Origin: Perna viridis
Lineage: Eukaryota
Assembly: GCA_037379345.1 (NCBI GenBank)
Contig: CM074515.1
Location: 21,514,001 to 21,578,000, forward strand
Reading direction: 5' to 3'
DNA length: 64,000 nucleotides
The translations under genes and the position numbers were made by a program. This document shows, piece after piece, positions 14,962-27,864 of this stretch (position 1 is its first letter; each line of letters starts with the position of its first letter). The notes beneath the pieces are model-generated. The model saw only the letters and a list, made by a program, of their open reading frames with translations. It had not been told where the DNA came from and did no database searches.

Positions 14962-16843
14962 GTTATTGTATTATAGGATCAACACATTTAAGGAGGGAGA
15001 ACAAAGATTGAAACAAGATGTCTTCCATTTTTTAGATCTGAAATACTTCCTAGTTCAAGGGAGACATTCAGGCCAGAAGAAATAGAGTTTAAAAATCAAA
15101 AACTCAAAGTCTTCAAAGTCACTAATTGTCAAATATTCTATGCCACTGATTTTGGCATGCTTTCATTCAATTCTCCACTAAACTTAATTCTCAATCAATC
15201 AATGATTTTCTCATTTTCATCATAAACCCTGGCATGAATATGTGTATGGACTTGGTTCAGAATTTAAAAAATCACAAATTTTATTGAGCTGAAGCTTGAA
15301 GATTTTAGGTCGATTGATAATATACATTCATGTATACATTTCATTTTTTTCCAATTCACATCTTTTGACACATTGTACACTTGTACATTACTAGCAAAAT
15401 AAGTGTATTCCTTTTTCGAAAATATACTTCACATTTTAGAACATTTCAAAGGTTATGTCAGTTTTAAAAAGCTTGTGCTGTAATGTTTTGAATGTACTGA
15501 TTTTTGAAGTTTGAAATTTGAAATTTGTTTTGTAATTCAACAGTTCATCAATAGGCTAAAATTGGTAAACTTCAAGCTGCGATATGCTCTATTGAAAATT
15601 GGGTAACTTCGGAACTGTAATGACCCAAATTATTCTCAATGACAACAACTTGGAGACAGGGCATTTCTCAGCTATATTTAAGAAAATTCAATGCTAACCG
15701 ATCATTTCATCTTTTAATGTAAACTTCTCACTCGTATACACATAGAACAAACGTACACATATGGTATTTAAGAGGTACATTTTGATCTCGTATGAAGCTA
15801 GAATTGACAGTTCTACGGCACTAATCAGCAGCATAAAGTGGTGTAGTAATATATAATTATCCTTATTATATACTAATGTACGGTACTGAAATTACAAGAA
15901 TTACAACAGTATTAGCAACTTAAAACAAGACTTTGTCATATTTATTGAAACATGTCCAAACCAAAGCTCTTTTAAGATTAAGCAATTCAAACATGTGTTT
16001 GGTAACTTATTGAAACTTGTATAAAGGGACCTCTCTTGGGTTTAGACCACTTTCCAGCTTAATGAAGATTCATTTAAGACGGGTATGATAGTATAGTTGA
16101 TCACATCATAGCTTTTAAAGCCCTAGAGGAGTTCAACTTTTGTTTCATGAGATAAAACCATGATATGACTGTGAGTAGATTTTACTCAATTTACACAGAG
16201 ACAATCATCATCTGTCAAGTGATTTTTGAGACATCTTCTCAGTTCTAAGGAATCATTTTTATTAAGGATAATGGCTTTTAAATGGTAAATATTCTTTGTT
16301 TTTGTGTGTGTGTGTTTTATTCAGTGTAAGTGAGTTCAAGGTCAAGGCCATAACTTCTTGAAATAGAAATAGCTTATGTCTGGTCTTGTATATAGAATTT
16401 ATAACAATATACATGTATGTATAATAAAGTAGAGTTCTTAGAGGTAGATCATATGTAATATGTCTGCTCAATTGGTGTTTTTTTTTTTTAATCTTATTCA
16501 AAAGTTTTTAATGAGCATACTTATAAATTTCAATGTTAAACATAGGTTACCTGTAATTGGTCTAAATGGTGGTGAATTAGTTCCTGTGTCCAATAATTGA
16601 TTTGTGGAAAAAAAATACTTACCGCATATCTTAAATGGCTTCATATTTCTACAAAGACTATTGGGTATTGGGGATCATCAAACATTTTCAGGGTTGTTTG
16701 TAAAAGTTGAAATTCTTTATACATTTCCGTGCAAGCTTTTTTTCTGCCATTTATCCACCTTGACAGCTTTAAGGGGTCTTTTTCAATTATTGTTGTTGTT
16801 ATTGACCATTTTGTGCTAACAGTGGGATAGTTGAATGTGCATG

Positions 16844-16929
16844 GAGCATGCTCAATATACTCTTCTGCGAGGAAAATTCTTTCGTGTTACCCATGCCCTA
16901 CCTTGGGGTTGTATATATTGAGCATGCTC
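16844..16929. repeat. Inverted repeat with ~17-bp arms
   Basis: gagcatgctcaatatac ... gtatatattgagcatgctc. Confidence 0.65.
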
Positions 16930-18363
16930 ATCAGCTTACCACAAACAGATGTATTTTATAAATTTATGTCAAAATTTCTTTTCAAATTAATGCATACATG
17001 TAAAAATGTTAATAGATAAACTACTTGCTTGTAAAAGATATACATGTATTCATACAAACTTGCAAAATGCCTGAGTAAGATGCTCCATGTAATAGATATG
17101 ATGTACTTTTAGAAATAACTTATTTTATATGAAGTAGCCCCATTATTACACAAAAAGAATATGCAGATGAATAAGAAATCAAAACTAATTTCTTTTTACT
17201 TTCACTTTCATATTTGCTCCTTTATAAGCAACAAGAGACTGATCATTATCCCTTTCAAACATAGAAATTATGTAATCAAGCAGGAAAAAAGCTTAAACAT
17301 GCTGAAACTAATTGATAATTTTATGACATTGTTCAGTTCAGCATTCAATACCATGGGAAACTTTAATTTCATTTTAGCCATTGCTCATAGCACTTATGTC
17401 TATGGAAATTTCAGAGTATTTTATCAACAGTCTGCAGTGATAATTAAATCTGTATTCCCAAAACAAGTGGATTAAGGTAGAAGTTATTGTAAAAACTGTC
17501 AAGATTTTTTTACATCATTATGATAGTAGTAGGCCAATAAGGAATTTATAAGTTGCAAATTGTAACATGAAGGTTCCATGTGTATTTTACTATTAAGTAA
17601 TTTAGGGTATAATTTAAAGTAATGGTTGGTAAAAATTGAGATTGTGTCATTCCATTTAACCTTCAGGCAATAAGTTGGCGGAATTTTTAGTGCAGTTGCT
17701 ATGAAAAAACTTAGTAACTGAAGCCAGTTTTCTATTCTTAAACATGTCACCTTTGTAACAGAGAGAAGTCTATGGCTGTTTTCTCTTTTTAGAAACATAC
17801 AACTTGGAGCAAATATGAGGGTATAATTCAAATGATTTAATATTCTTTCAAATGAGTAGAACTTAGTAGAATTTTGGTAACTATAAATTAGATTATCGCT
17901 ATTTTGTTTAAAATCCCTTTGATCTTGCTATACAAAAATTTTCAATCTCATGCCAGTTGAGTGAGAATGAAAATTATAGCTAGTTTCTATGTCCCCGCGT
18001 GACATACAAGCAACAGCGTAGGAATATTTGATGACCCAAATAACCGTCTGTTTGTTTACTGTGTATGACATAATGGCTAATTTGTGGCAATATTTTCTAG
18101 TCAACAATGGAAAATGATTAAATACAGTAACTTACTCGATTAGTATGAATAAATCCCAAAATTATTCCACAAATTTGAAACGCAACTGCCATAGTTAACA
18201 GATTTAAAAAAAAAATGTGTATCACAGCTGCACAACATACGTAACATCACATAGCACATTGCTGAAAAATAGTCCCGAAAGGAAATTTTGCAGCGCTTAT
18301 AAACTTACATGTTTAGGTCAAGAAAACTGAAAATAAAACAAAACTAGCAAAACAGCAATAAAC

Positions 18364-18457
18364 AGGTTATTTAAATATTTTTTCAACTCGCGGGAGTTCC
18401 TCATGCTCATCTTAGCATAAGAAACTCCCTCTTGTTGGAAAAAATATTAAATAATCT
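18364..18457. repeat. Imperfect ~94-bp fold-back inverted repeat
   Basis: ttatttaaatattttttcaac..gggagttcctcatgct / agcataagaaactccc..gttggaaaaaatattaaataa. Confidence 0.75.
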
Positions 18458-18533
18458 AATATGTCAGCATACATGTGCCAAAATTTTCAGAGATCTTCTG
18501 TTATTTTGAAGTTTTACGAATTTTTATGCTCAT

Positions 18534-18710
18534 CCACAGTAATAGGCATGTAGATTCCTTTGTAAACTGTCCATGTATCATCATTCAGTTGCCAAGCCAC
18601 AGTAATGGGCTTGTTGATTCCTTCTGTCTGTCTGTGTATCATCATTCAGTTGCTCAGCTACAGTAATGAGCATTCTGCCTGTCTGTCTGTCTGTCTGTCA
18701 TCATTGAGGT
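18534..18710. repeat. ~62-bp degenerate tandem repeat x2.5 ending in (CTGT)n
   Basis: acagtaat.ggc..gattcc..tgtatcatcattcagttgc recurs. Confidence 0.75.
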
Positions 18711-19139
18711 TTTATGTAGATTTGTATTGCAGATTATTTATACAAAAATTGGTTCAGATCATCATAAAACTTGGTACTGAAGTAAATAATATGAACTTTT
18801 TCAAATTATACTAACCTACTTGTGTTTTTGACTCATTTCGAAAATTTTGCTATCCCCCTTTTTTCACCATTATGTGTGGGGTATCTATCACTTGATGTTC
18901 CTTTAATGCCCTACTTTTATATAGAAACTGTTGATGTTAGATGAATGTTGCTATTCTCATCTGGATTTTGCCCTGGCTAAAATATCTGTAAATTAAAGAT
19001 GCATGGAAGGATTACATTACTCCTGTAAAGGGCTATTATATAGATTTGTATGAATATCAATATGTATTACAGATGAAAAGATGGTAAACACAGTTCAGCC
19101 ACTATTCTATCTCAATAATATGGATGGAAAATTAGAACG

Positions 19140-19187
19140 ATGACAAGCCTAGGGGGACTTCCACGTTACTATAATGGATTTCCTAAT
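19140..19187 (+). CDS. PHLDB1: Probable first coding exon of the PHLDB1-like gene (MTSLGGLPRYYNGFPN); whole exon probably 19073-19187
   Basis: Acceptor ttacAG ends at 19072 and a strong donor AAT|gtaagt starts at 19188. The donor is phase 0, matching the acceptor at 28392, and there is an in-frame stop upstream of the ATG. It gives an N-terminal leader of plausible length. There is no homology support, and the ATG at 28395 is an alternative start. Confidence 0.5.
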
Positions 19188-19192
19188 GTAAG

Positions 19193-19288
19193 TACATGTG
19201 CATTGTATATAGTAGAGTTTTGTCTACATGTGCATTGTATATAGTAGAGTTTTGTGTACATGTGCATTGTATCTAGTACAGTTTTGTC
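19193..19288. repeat. 32-bp tandem repeat x3
   Basis: tacatgtgcattgtatatagtagagttttgtc at 19193, 19225 and 19257. Confidence 0.95.
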
Positions 19289-19724
19289 GGTAAGTAAATG
19301 CATGATTTGATGTACTTCAACAACAAATATTGTTGTAACTCCTTAGTAAAAGCTATATTTTATTTGGTACATTTTCATTCACTAAAGGCAAAAAAAATAT
19401 AGGTAGGCTTGAGTTCTTGTTCATGACCACATATGTACCAAAGTATTGCATTTTTATTATCACCCTTTTTTTATTACAAAATATAAGCATTTTTTCAGTC
19501 TATCTGGTTTGATAAATGGGTCAATAGATGGATAAAAAACCATAGCAATTATTGGTATTTTAAGAACATACTAAGAGCAATTTACATACACATGATTTTT
19601 TTTCTTCAGAAAAATAAAATTATCTTCCCTCCTAATTGCAGGGTATCATTATCTCATGGACAGTTTCACCCTTTTCTTTTAATTTTTCCCTTGATTATCT
19701 TTCTCATGCAGACACCTCTTTCTT

Positions 19725-20193
19725 GGTACCAGTATCGCATTGCATATTACTGAGCAGGTTTATGTCAAAACATGGATGCTATAAAAATATAGTGCATTTT
19801 CTTTTTGCCCCTCTACAAACTAATGTTATGTCAAAAGATATGTACAATGACATATAAAATAGAGCAAACATCACACTATAAGATGACAAACTTTTTTAAA
19901 AGAAAATCTAACGTAATGACATAAAAATGTTCATCTGAAAAGGTTGGTTTGATGAGTGCAAAACAAAAGTGAAAGTAGAGAAAATGGCTATTTATAGTTC
20001 AAGACTACTTTTCTGTCCGATCTTTGTGGACTCACCCTATTTTCTTTGCGGGAAATTATTTTTTCACATGTCCTTAGAAATGCTGCATTAGTGAAAGTTT
20101 TATTGAATCAATTTACATATTTTTTTTTAAAAATCCTTAAAATATGCACTTCACTTTAGAAGTCTATGGGAAAATTAATATGATACTGAGACC
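19725..20193. mobile_element. Solo copy of the 468-bp TIR module (more diverged copy)
   Basis: Same sequence family and same GGTACC...GAGACC termini, with its own 4-bp TSD TCTT (19721-19724 and 20194-20197). Confidence 0.9.
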
Positions 20194-20322
20194 TCTTATC
20201 AGGATATCTCAGGATATACAAGGATTATATCCCCTGCCAGTAAATGGCTTGGTTAATTGTCTCATGGACATCCCCTTTCTTTAAATGCTTCCCTTGATTA
20301 TATACCCAGAAACCTCTCTCCT

Positions 20323-22511
20323 GGTACCAGTATCGTATTGCATATCCCTGAGCAGGTGTACGTCAAAACATGGATGCTATAAAAATATAGTGCATTTTCT
20401 TTTTGCCTCTCTACAAACTAATATTTTGTCAAAAGATATGAACAATGACTTATAAAATAGAGCAAACATCACACTGTAAGATGAAGAACTTTTTTAAAAG
20501 AAAATCTAACATAATATCATAAAAATGTTCCACTGAAAAGGTTGGTTTGATGAGTACAAAACGAAAGTGAAAGTAGGGAAAATGGCTATTTATAGTTCGA
20601 GACTACTTTTCTGTCCGATCTTCGTGGACTCACCCTATTTTCTTTGCGGGAAATTATTTTTTCACATGTCCTTAGAAATGCTTCATAAGTGAAAGTTTTA
20701 TTGAATCAATTTACATATTTTTTAAAAAATCCTAAAAATATGCACTTCACTATAGAAGTCTATGGGAAAATTAATACGATACTGAGACCTAGTAAGCCAG
20801 TTTTTCAAGTAAAGTTGGATATTCAGCAAGTGGTTTTTACCAGCTGAAAAAGTAGTACCCCAATGCAGGTAACACTTTTAAGATGAATTAGCCAACTTTT
20901 GAACCTGATTTTTTATGGTAGCTCTGGTTTTTTGCATTTATGGTTAATCTTTACCATATTTGGAAATGCATTTTGTTTTCATGAATTTGTATAATATCAG
21001 TTCAATAAAATTATTATCTTGACTGTTTATGATGAGCATATCTATATTCATGTAACCTAAAGCAAGTAATACTCCTGCATAAAGGATAGTTTTCAAGTTA
21101 CAACACATTTTAAGTATGTGGTTAGGACTTGAAAATAGTCATTTTCCATACATTGCCTCTTATATATGAAAAAATGAATATTTTTTTTATTTTTTGTTTT
21201 TCTTTCAAATAAATAGCTAAAATGAGTTGCCATATAACTGTGTGGTTGATTTAAACACAGAAATGGCACAAAAGTCAACAGCCAATTTTTTAGTGGACTT
21301 TTTTTAGTGGTTCAAATGGACAGATTCTAATGCGGCAAGAAAAATAAAGGTGTTTTTTCATATAAAAACTGATTTTTTTCAAAAAGTATCTAAAGCAGAC
21401 AGTTGTTATTATAATATTTATACCAATAAACTATTTTTCTTGCATCATAGCTATCTGTTTTAAAGAAAAAGTCCTTTTCCTGTCATATTGAGGTCCTTTT
21501 GTATCTGCCTGGGGTACCAAAATGGCTTAAAATCTGTATTTTCTGCATATGAAAAGCTATATTTTTTTAAAACTATGATATTGGTATAATTTTTTTTGGA
21601 TTTATTATAATTGAAATGACCATATCTATAGTTTAAAACAGTTGGTTGTACCAGTCATTATACTTTACTTTAAACAAGAGGCTCCCTTGAGTTAAAGACA
21701 AAAAAGGAGGTTCGAATATTAATATTTCCATATATGGAAATCACAAGTGGGGATTAAATAATGATTTGGAACTCATAGTACAGCTCATGTATCTACCATG
21801 TCAGAATAAACCACAAATTTGCTTAGCTTGACTAATGCAGCAGCTTTTTATCAAAAGTAATATTTTCTGGCTAACACTGAGATATTAGTCTCATGCCTGG
21901 AATAGGGTACCTGTATAAAAATTTTAATAGAAAACTCATGTTTATAGCAGGGCAATGATGTTCTGAATTTTCAGTATGAAAATGAATAATCTAGCAGAAA
22001 AACAACAACTTTTATGATTATATTTAAATGTTTATTAGTAATAGGTACCAGTATCGTATTGCATATCCCTGAGCAGGTGTACGTCAAAACATGGATGCTA
22101 TAAAAATATAGTGCATTTTCTTTTTGCCTCTCTACAAACTAATATTTTGTCAAAAGATATGAACAATGACTTATAAAATAGAGCAAACATCACACTGTAA
22201 GATGAAGAACTTTTTTTAAAAGAAAATCTAACATAATATCATAAAAATGTTCCACTGAAAAGGTTGGTTTGGTGAGTGCAAAACGAAAGTGAAAGTAGGG
22301 AAAATGGCTATTTATAGTTCGAGACTACTTGTCTGTCCGATCTTCGTGGACTCACCCTATTTTCTTTGCGGGAAATTATTTTTTCACATGTCCTTAGAAA
22401 TGCTACATAAGTGAAAGTTTTATTGAATCAATTTACATATTTTTTTAAAAATCCTAAAAATATGCACTTCACTATAGAAGTCTATGGGAAAATTAATATG
22501 ATACTGAGACC
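20323..22511. mobile_element. Non-autonomous composite DNA transposon: two ~468-bp terminal direct repeats (20323-20789, 22044-22511) flanking a 1254-bp non-coding internal region; KolobokP-like architecture
   Basis: The two repeats are nearly identical and in direct orientation. Each has 17-bp imperfect TIRs (GGTACCAGTATCGTATT...AATAYGATACTGAGACC). A 4-bp TSD TCCT is present only at the outer ends (20319-20322 and 22512-22515); the inner flanks (TAGT, AATA) do not match it. Confidence 0.85.
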
Positions 22512-25004
22512 TCCTATCAGGATATCTCTGGATACAAAGATTATCTCCCCTCCCAGTGGCTTAGGTCATTTTCTCATAGACATCCTTGTCTTTTGATGCC
22601 TACCTTGATTATTATTCCCAGACAGTTCTCTCCTATCAGGATATATCAGTTTGTACAAGATAGATCATTATAAAGGGAGATAAGTGTTATCAATGGACTT
22701 GTTTATTATGATAGATTCTTATTTTATTGTCAAAAAAGCTCAAAATCTGTGTGAAAACATTTCACTGTGTTAATTTAAGAAAGTGGATTGGAAACTTTAC
22801 AAACTTAACTGAATGTTAACTTTTTGCTCGTTACTTACTTTAAATACTTCAAAATTTGTGATATGTTGGTAAGAAATTGGTTTTTCTACAAAAACTGTCA
22901 TCACATCCTAAGTTTAAAAATTTTTTTCTGCATTATATGAATTACAGGCTAAATTTTAGGCATTACATCCTGGTAAAATCCAAAACACACCCCAAATGAC
23001 TGACTTAAGAAATTATTGTTTTCATTGTTTACCCTGAGATATGGGACACAAAACAAAGTGAGATGTGGACTTGCCCTCAGCTTTATTTTTAGAATCTCTG
23101 AAACTTTTTCAGATTAAAATATGTTAAAGAAATCTTTTTGGTCCAAAATAAAAATACAAAATGTAAGGCACACTTCTTCAACAGAAATAAAAAGCTTCAA
23201 GGAGTGCAGCATGGTACGACTGTAGTAATCAAGCTCTGAACAGTTGGGGACCCAATATTAGTTTTCGATTTTTTGGACTGTGGTCCTTCATAACTCAAAA
23301 AACACCAAGTAATATCTGAAATCAGATTGATAAACACAGGCAGGATATTTTCATTAGGAATCCAATTGAAAAAAGTTTTTGAAAGCAGACTTTTTAGTGT
23401 ATTCCCTTTGAACTTTAAAACAATCCATAAGGCATCAAATTTGATAATTTGTTTACCAGAATTAATATGGAACAAAATAAATAGAAAAACAAAAATCAAA
23501 AGAAAAATAAACATTCTACATGGGTTTCAATACAACACCTATTTTAACCCTTTTTGGCGCCTTATTCTAAAACGATGGGGGCCACAAACTCCAAATTATA
23601 TCGTAACCTGCCGATATTGGCAAGTAAAATCGTTTAAAAATTCGTAACAGTTTTGTCTACCACAACAAAAGCTATCACACAAAGACCAAGTGACTATTGA
23701 CTACAAGGAAACCAAGAGCACCATACCAATAAACAGCTGCAATTTTTTTGCAGTGGTATAAATATGTGTATTTAAAAGATTGCATTATCAACAAAAAAAG
23801 TTGAGAATAAGTTTTACTCTGTAAAAATGAATAGACACTACTGTGACATCACAATTTTCATGTGAAAATATTTTAATTTAATTGAAAATGAGGTAGACTC
23901 TTGGTAGTTTTAAAATGCACAATTAAGTTACCTCCACATGCAAGTATGAAAAAGAGACTTCACATGTATCTTTTAAACCTACAAAGAAGCAAATGTTCTG
24001 AAAAATTTCTCCTTGATAAAAGCATGTGGAGATATATAAATCTGCAACTTGCAGTACTGATTCAAATGTCTTTTAAAAAAAAATGTTTTAACTTCTAAAG
24101 AATTTCAATGTAAGAGTGCATGCTAGATTTTATGTCATAATAATCATATCATTGAATGTAAAATTGGATTAATTCCCAGGTATAAAAGTGGGTGTACTTG
24201 AAATTACATCTTCATTTTTCAGATTTAATTTTTGTTCTTCTTCACATTTTAAGGCTTATATCACTTAGCTTGAGTTACTGCAAATTTTGAAATAATCAAT
24301 TTTGGATTTTTATATGAGTGTACAGAGAATTTATCTTGATATGGTAAAAATTGAAATGGCATTTTGGTGAAAATTAACAAACTAGCGATGATTTTCTCAT
24401 TTACAGTAAGTAACAAATTTTCTGCTGTTATATATTTTACATGGAGAGGTTGTGAAACCATTAAATTTTTTATACTCCAACCCAGTTATGTTTTATGATT
24501 ACACCCTCTCCCCACAAAGTTCAGGGAGTGTGTATGATCAATCACCCTGTCTGTCTGTCTGTACATCTATTTGTCCATGACTCTCATAAGTACAACTCCG
24601 CCAGCACTCCACAGTTTAGTTTAGTTTCACACTTTTGGCCAGGGATAAAAAATGACATAAATGGAAACCGGTGGTTGTTATAGTGATTAAAAATGAAGAA
24701 TTTATTGTTGATAAAACATTTTCTGAAAAAGGGGACTTTTAAAAGTATTTTGCAATGTTTTATATATTTTCAATGTTGAAGGGGCTTTTTTTCAATGACA
24801 GTTTGACTTCATTGTGAAAGTGAAAATAAGTCAATTTTTTACCATGTTAAATTTAATAAGTGGATTACAGAGTGAAATAGCTCAAAATCTAACCCGCGAT
24901 GCCCATATGAGGAAGGGGTTTTCGAAGGAAAAAGTTTCAGGGGATGAAATAAAAATTTAAGATATTTTGTGGATAATCTGATATTTTTAAACCTGATTTT
25001 ATTC

Positions 25005-25277
25005 GGCATTCCAATGGGAACAAATTGTGCTCCTTTACTTGCTGACCTATTCCTTCACTCTTATGAGGCTGACTTCATAGCTGATCTGATCAGAAAGAAA
25101 GATGACGTATTATCTTTAAACAATCCTAATTTTGGGTATTCGATACATCGCATCTACCCAAAAGAACTTGAGATAAAGGATACTATGGACACTGTGAAGT
25201 CAGCCTCATATCTTGACCTACACTTAGAAATCAATGGTAAAGGAAAACTATTGACCAAACTTTATGACAAACGTGAT
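25005..25277 (+). mobile_element. Penelope-like retroelement reverse transcriptase fragment (internally deleted)
   Basis: GIPMGTNCAPLLADLFLHSYEADF...DDVLSLNN...IYPKELEIKDT...SASYLDL...TKLYDKRD is a typical PLE RT core. The residues just before the catalytic DD are missing (RKK|DDVLS), and both ends are truncated. Confidence 0.85.
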
Positions 25278-26576
25278 TTACAGATGCGTGACAATTTTTT
25301 AAAGTGATAAATGTTACAAAGCATCAGATTACTAGACCAAAATTAGGCAGTTCTGCAATACTGTGGAGTGCTGGCTTAAAGGGAGCTGCCAATACCCCTA
25401 CACATTTAAAAAATTGCTTTGCATCTTAGAAACTAGTGTTTTTATGCTATGCTTTGATACAAGGGTTAAAAAAATGTAACTTATGGTATGGACCTATATT
25501 GTTGTTAGCTAAGAAGTCCCTAGCAACCAATTATGCTGATTTTTTGCAAAGTTAACAGAACAGTCATTGAACTGATTCATGTGTGAATATGACTCTTGCC
25601 ACCATAAAGAATGGAATATATTTTTAAAGGCTAAATATTTGTGCTGGTTACATGTAAAATAGTTGACCGGGCAACTTTTAAGTGCACAATAAGCAAAGGT
25701 TTAATAACCTAAGACCTAGAGTAGGCTTTTTAGTATTTAGTTTTCAACTCATTCAGATTTCTCCTTTTTCATGCGATGAGCTTCAAATGCACTATTTTAG
25801 CGTAAAACCTCTGTTAAAAGCTTACAAAACCCTAAATTTAGGGTTTATAAGTACATATGGGTTATCATTTTGTATGTTTTAAGTGGCAATTTTCATTTAA
25901 AAGATGATTATAGCAAAACAAGTGAAATTCATATCTGCACTTAGGTATAAGCAAAGTTCTCCACTAATGAAGAGGAGATAGCCTAATATAAGAATGCCTC
26001 TAAAATTGTTATCAATTGTCCATTTATGATAAATTTGGTATCATTTTACTCGTAAGAAGGTAAGCTTTCAAGAAATAACTAGAAAATTACAATATTTAAT
26101 ATTGCATTCTGCTTAATCCTGCTAAATCACTCAATGGATCCTGATGAAAGTTAAGAGATAGGTTATGAATCATTTGTAGATGGGCAGGTAGGAATTTAAT
26201 TTTTGTTGGATCCTGCAAAGGAAAATAATTCAAATCTAAATTTTAACATCTCCTGTTAAATCATCTCCTTAGGAAAATCATTAATGATACATGCCTGCAA
26301 AGGGAGATAATCAAGGTTTTTTTTTACATTTTAGTATCTAAAAAGGTCAACTCCTCCTATACCGCTGAATGGATTTTGGTGAAGCCTTAAATGAAATTTG
26401 TGCATTATATGTAGAAGTGCATGAAATAAGGTAATTTCTGTTTGATGCCTAAAAAAGGAATATACTCAGATATAAGGTTTACTGGGTATATATTCAAAGT
26501 TCAAGTGAAATGGAGGATCAGTGCAGGATCCAGAAATTCTGAAAAGAGGGGGACTGGCTCCAGTTATTTCCATATA

Positions 26577-26860
26577 TTTTTATACCCTGCCACACAAAGT
26601 GGTGAGGTATTAGTGAAAAATACCATGTCTGTCCCTCTGTCCGACAGTTACCAGATGATTTCTCTAGAAGATATAGAGGGATCTTTTTTAAATTTTGTAT
26701 AGTTATTAAGTATCATAAAATACAGATGAAGATAGAATTTTGGTTTGATCGAATTATTTACTAAAAAGTTATAGCTATTTTTAACATTTTTCTACCCCGA
26801 AGTTTTTTTATTGCAACATGGAGGGGTATCATTTAATGTCCCATTAGATGCCCTGTTTTT
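26577..26860 (+). mobile_element. Decayed HINE-like element
   Basis: Starts TTTTTATACCC with a TGTC/TGTCC microsatellite and ends ggggtatc..ttgttttt. Similar heads occur near 29491 and 24490. Confidence 0.4.
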
Positions 26861-27864
26861 TTTCTATATAATCTACCAAACTTTTTGAGCATTAGTGGGG
26901 AAGGTGCCTCTAATGAGGAAAATGGTTTCCTGAGCTTGATGACAGAGTATGTCTAGTAAAAGTGCAGTGGTAAGATTTTTGCACACAGACATCCTCTGTA
27001 TTCAGGGTTATCTCTAGTTGTACATAATGCCTCCTTAACAGAGAGATAAGGTCCATCATTCTGTCTTGTTATAACTGATTGATGTAACTGTCTTATTTAA
27101 AATAGACAAAAGATTTATGATGGGCAAAGAGGTCTGATGTTGCATCTTCTTAAAGATAATAATAATTAATTTAGATAGCAACCAATAGCCAGAGTTAGCT
27201 TATTTTTGTTGTGTAGGATTTGTACTTTCACTGTCATGTTTTGTCTGCACTGTTCATCAGTTAATTTGCTTTGATGTTATGATTCAATTAGAAAGTTATA
27301 ACGGAAATAGACCTATTGATGTTCTTTGTAGTTTTTAGATCAACACATTCAGTATTCAGGCTAAAGTCAGGCTAAATGCTACAATGAAATTAGAACAAAA
27401 AAGTTTCATTTTGATCCACAATCTTCAAAATCAAGGGACACAGAACTTAGTGATGAACTTCTAACAAGACAGTACATGTGATATATGTAATGAATTGCAT
27501 AAAAAAAATTGGACCTAAATGTCAATCTAGATTGTATAAAATTATATACCATAGGTTTCTGTATTTCTTTGTTTTCAATGTGATGTTACAATAAAGGAAA
27601 ACACAGACAACTTGAATATCTATAATTTTACTTTTTGACACACACTTCCTTTTAAAGTCATACATGTATATAACATGTTAACACCAGTTTAATAAACTAT
27701 TGTTATATATGAAGTTTTAAATGACAAATTCTGACACAGTAGACTTTAGCCAAGCAAATATTGAAGTTTCCAGGGACCTGTCATGGCTCAAAGGTTTGAG
27801 AGGTTCTTCCAATGTGGAACTTAAAACTTTCCTGCCTCATTAATCATGGACCTGTTTTGTACTG

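Larger units (their letters stand above)
19620..22650. repeat. Degenerate ~120-125-bp tandem repeat (3 units) interrupted by the transposon insertions
   Basis: The unit ..ttatctcccct..tctcatggaca..cttgattat..caga..ctctcctatcaggatat.. recurs at about 19620-19724, 20194-20322 and 22512-22650. Confidence 0.8.

Noticed and set aside
20323-22511. LTR retrotransposon/TRIM with solo LTRs
   Set aside because: No TG..CA ends, no recognisable PBS or polypurine tract on either strand, and 17-bp TIRs. A DNA-transposon composite fits better, though this is not fully excluded.
26134-26187. Possible phase-0 exon ending GGGCAG|gtagga
   Set aside because: In-frame TAA after the only suitable ATG, and no clear acceptor.
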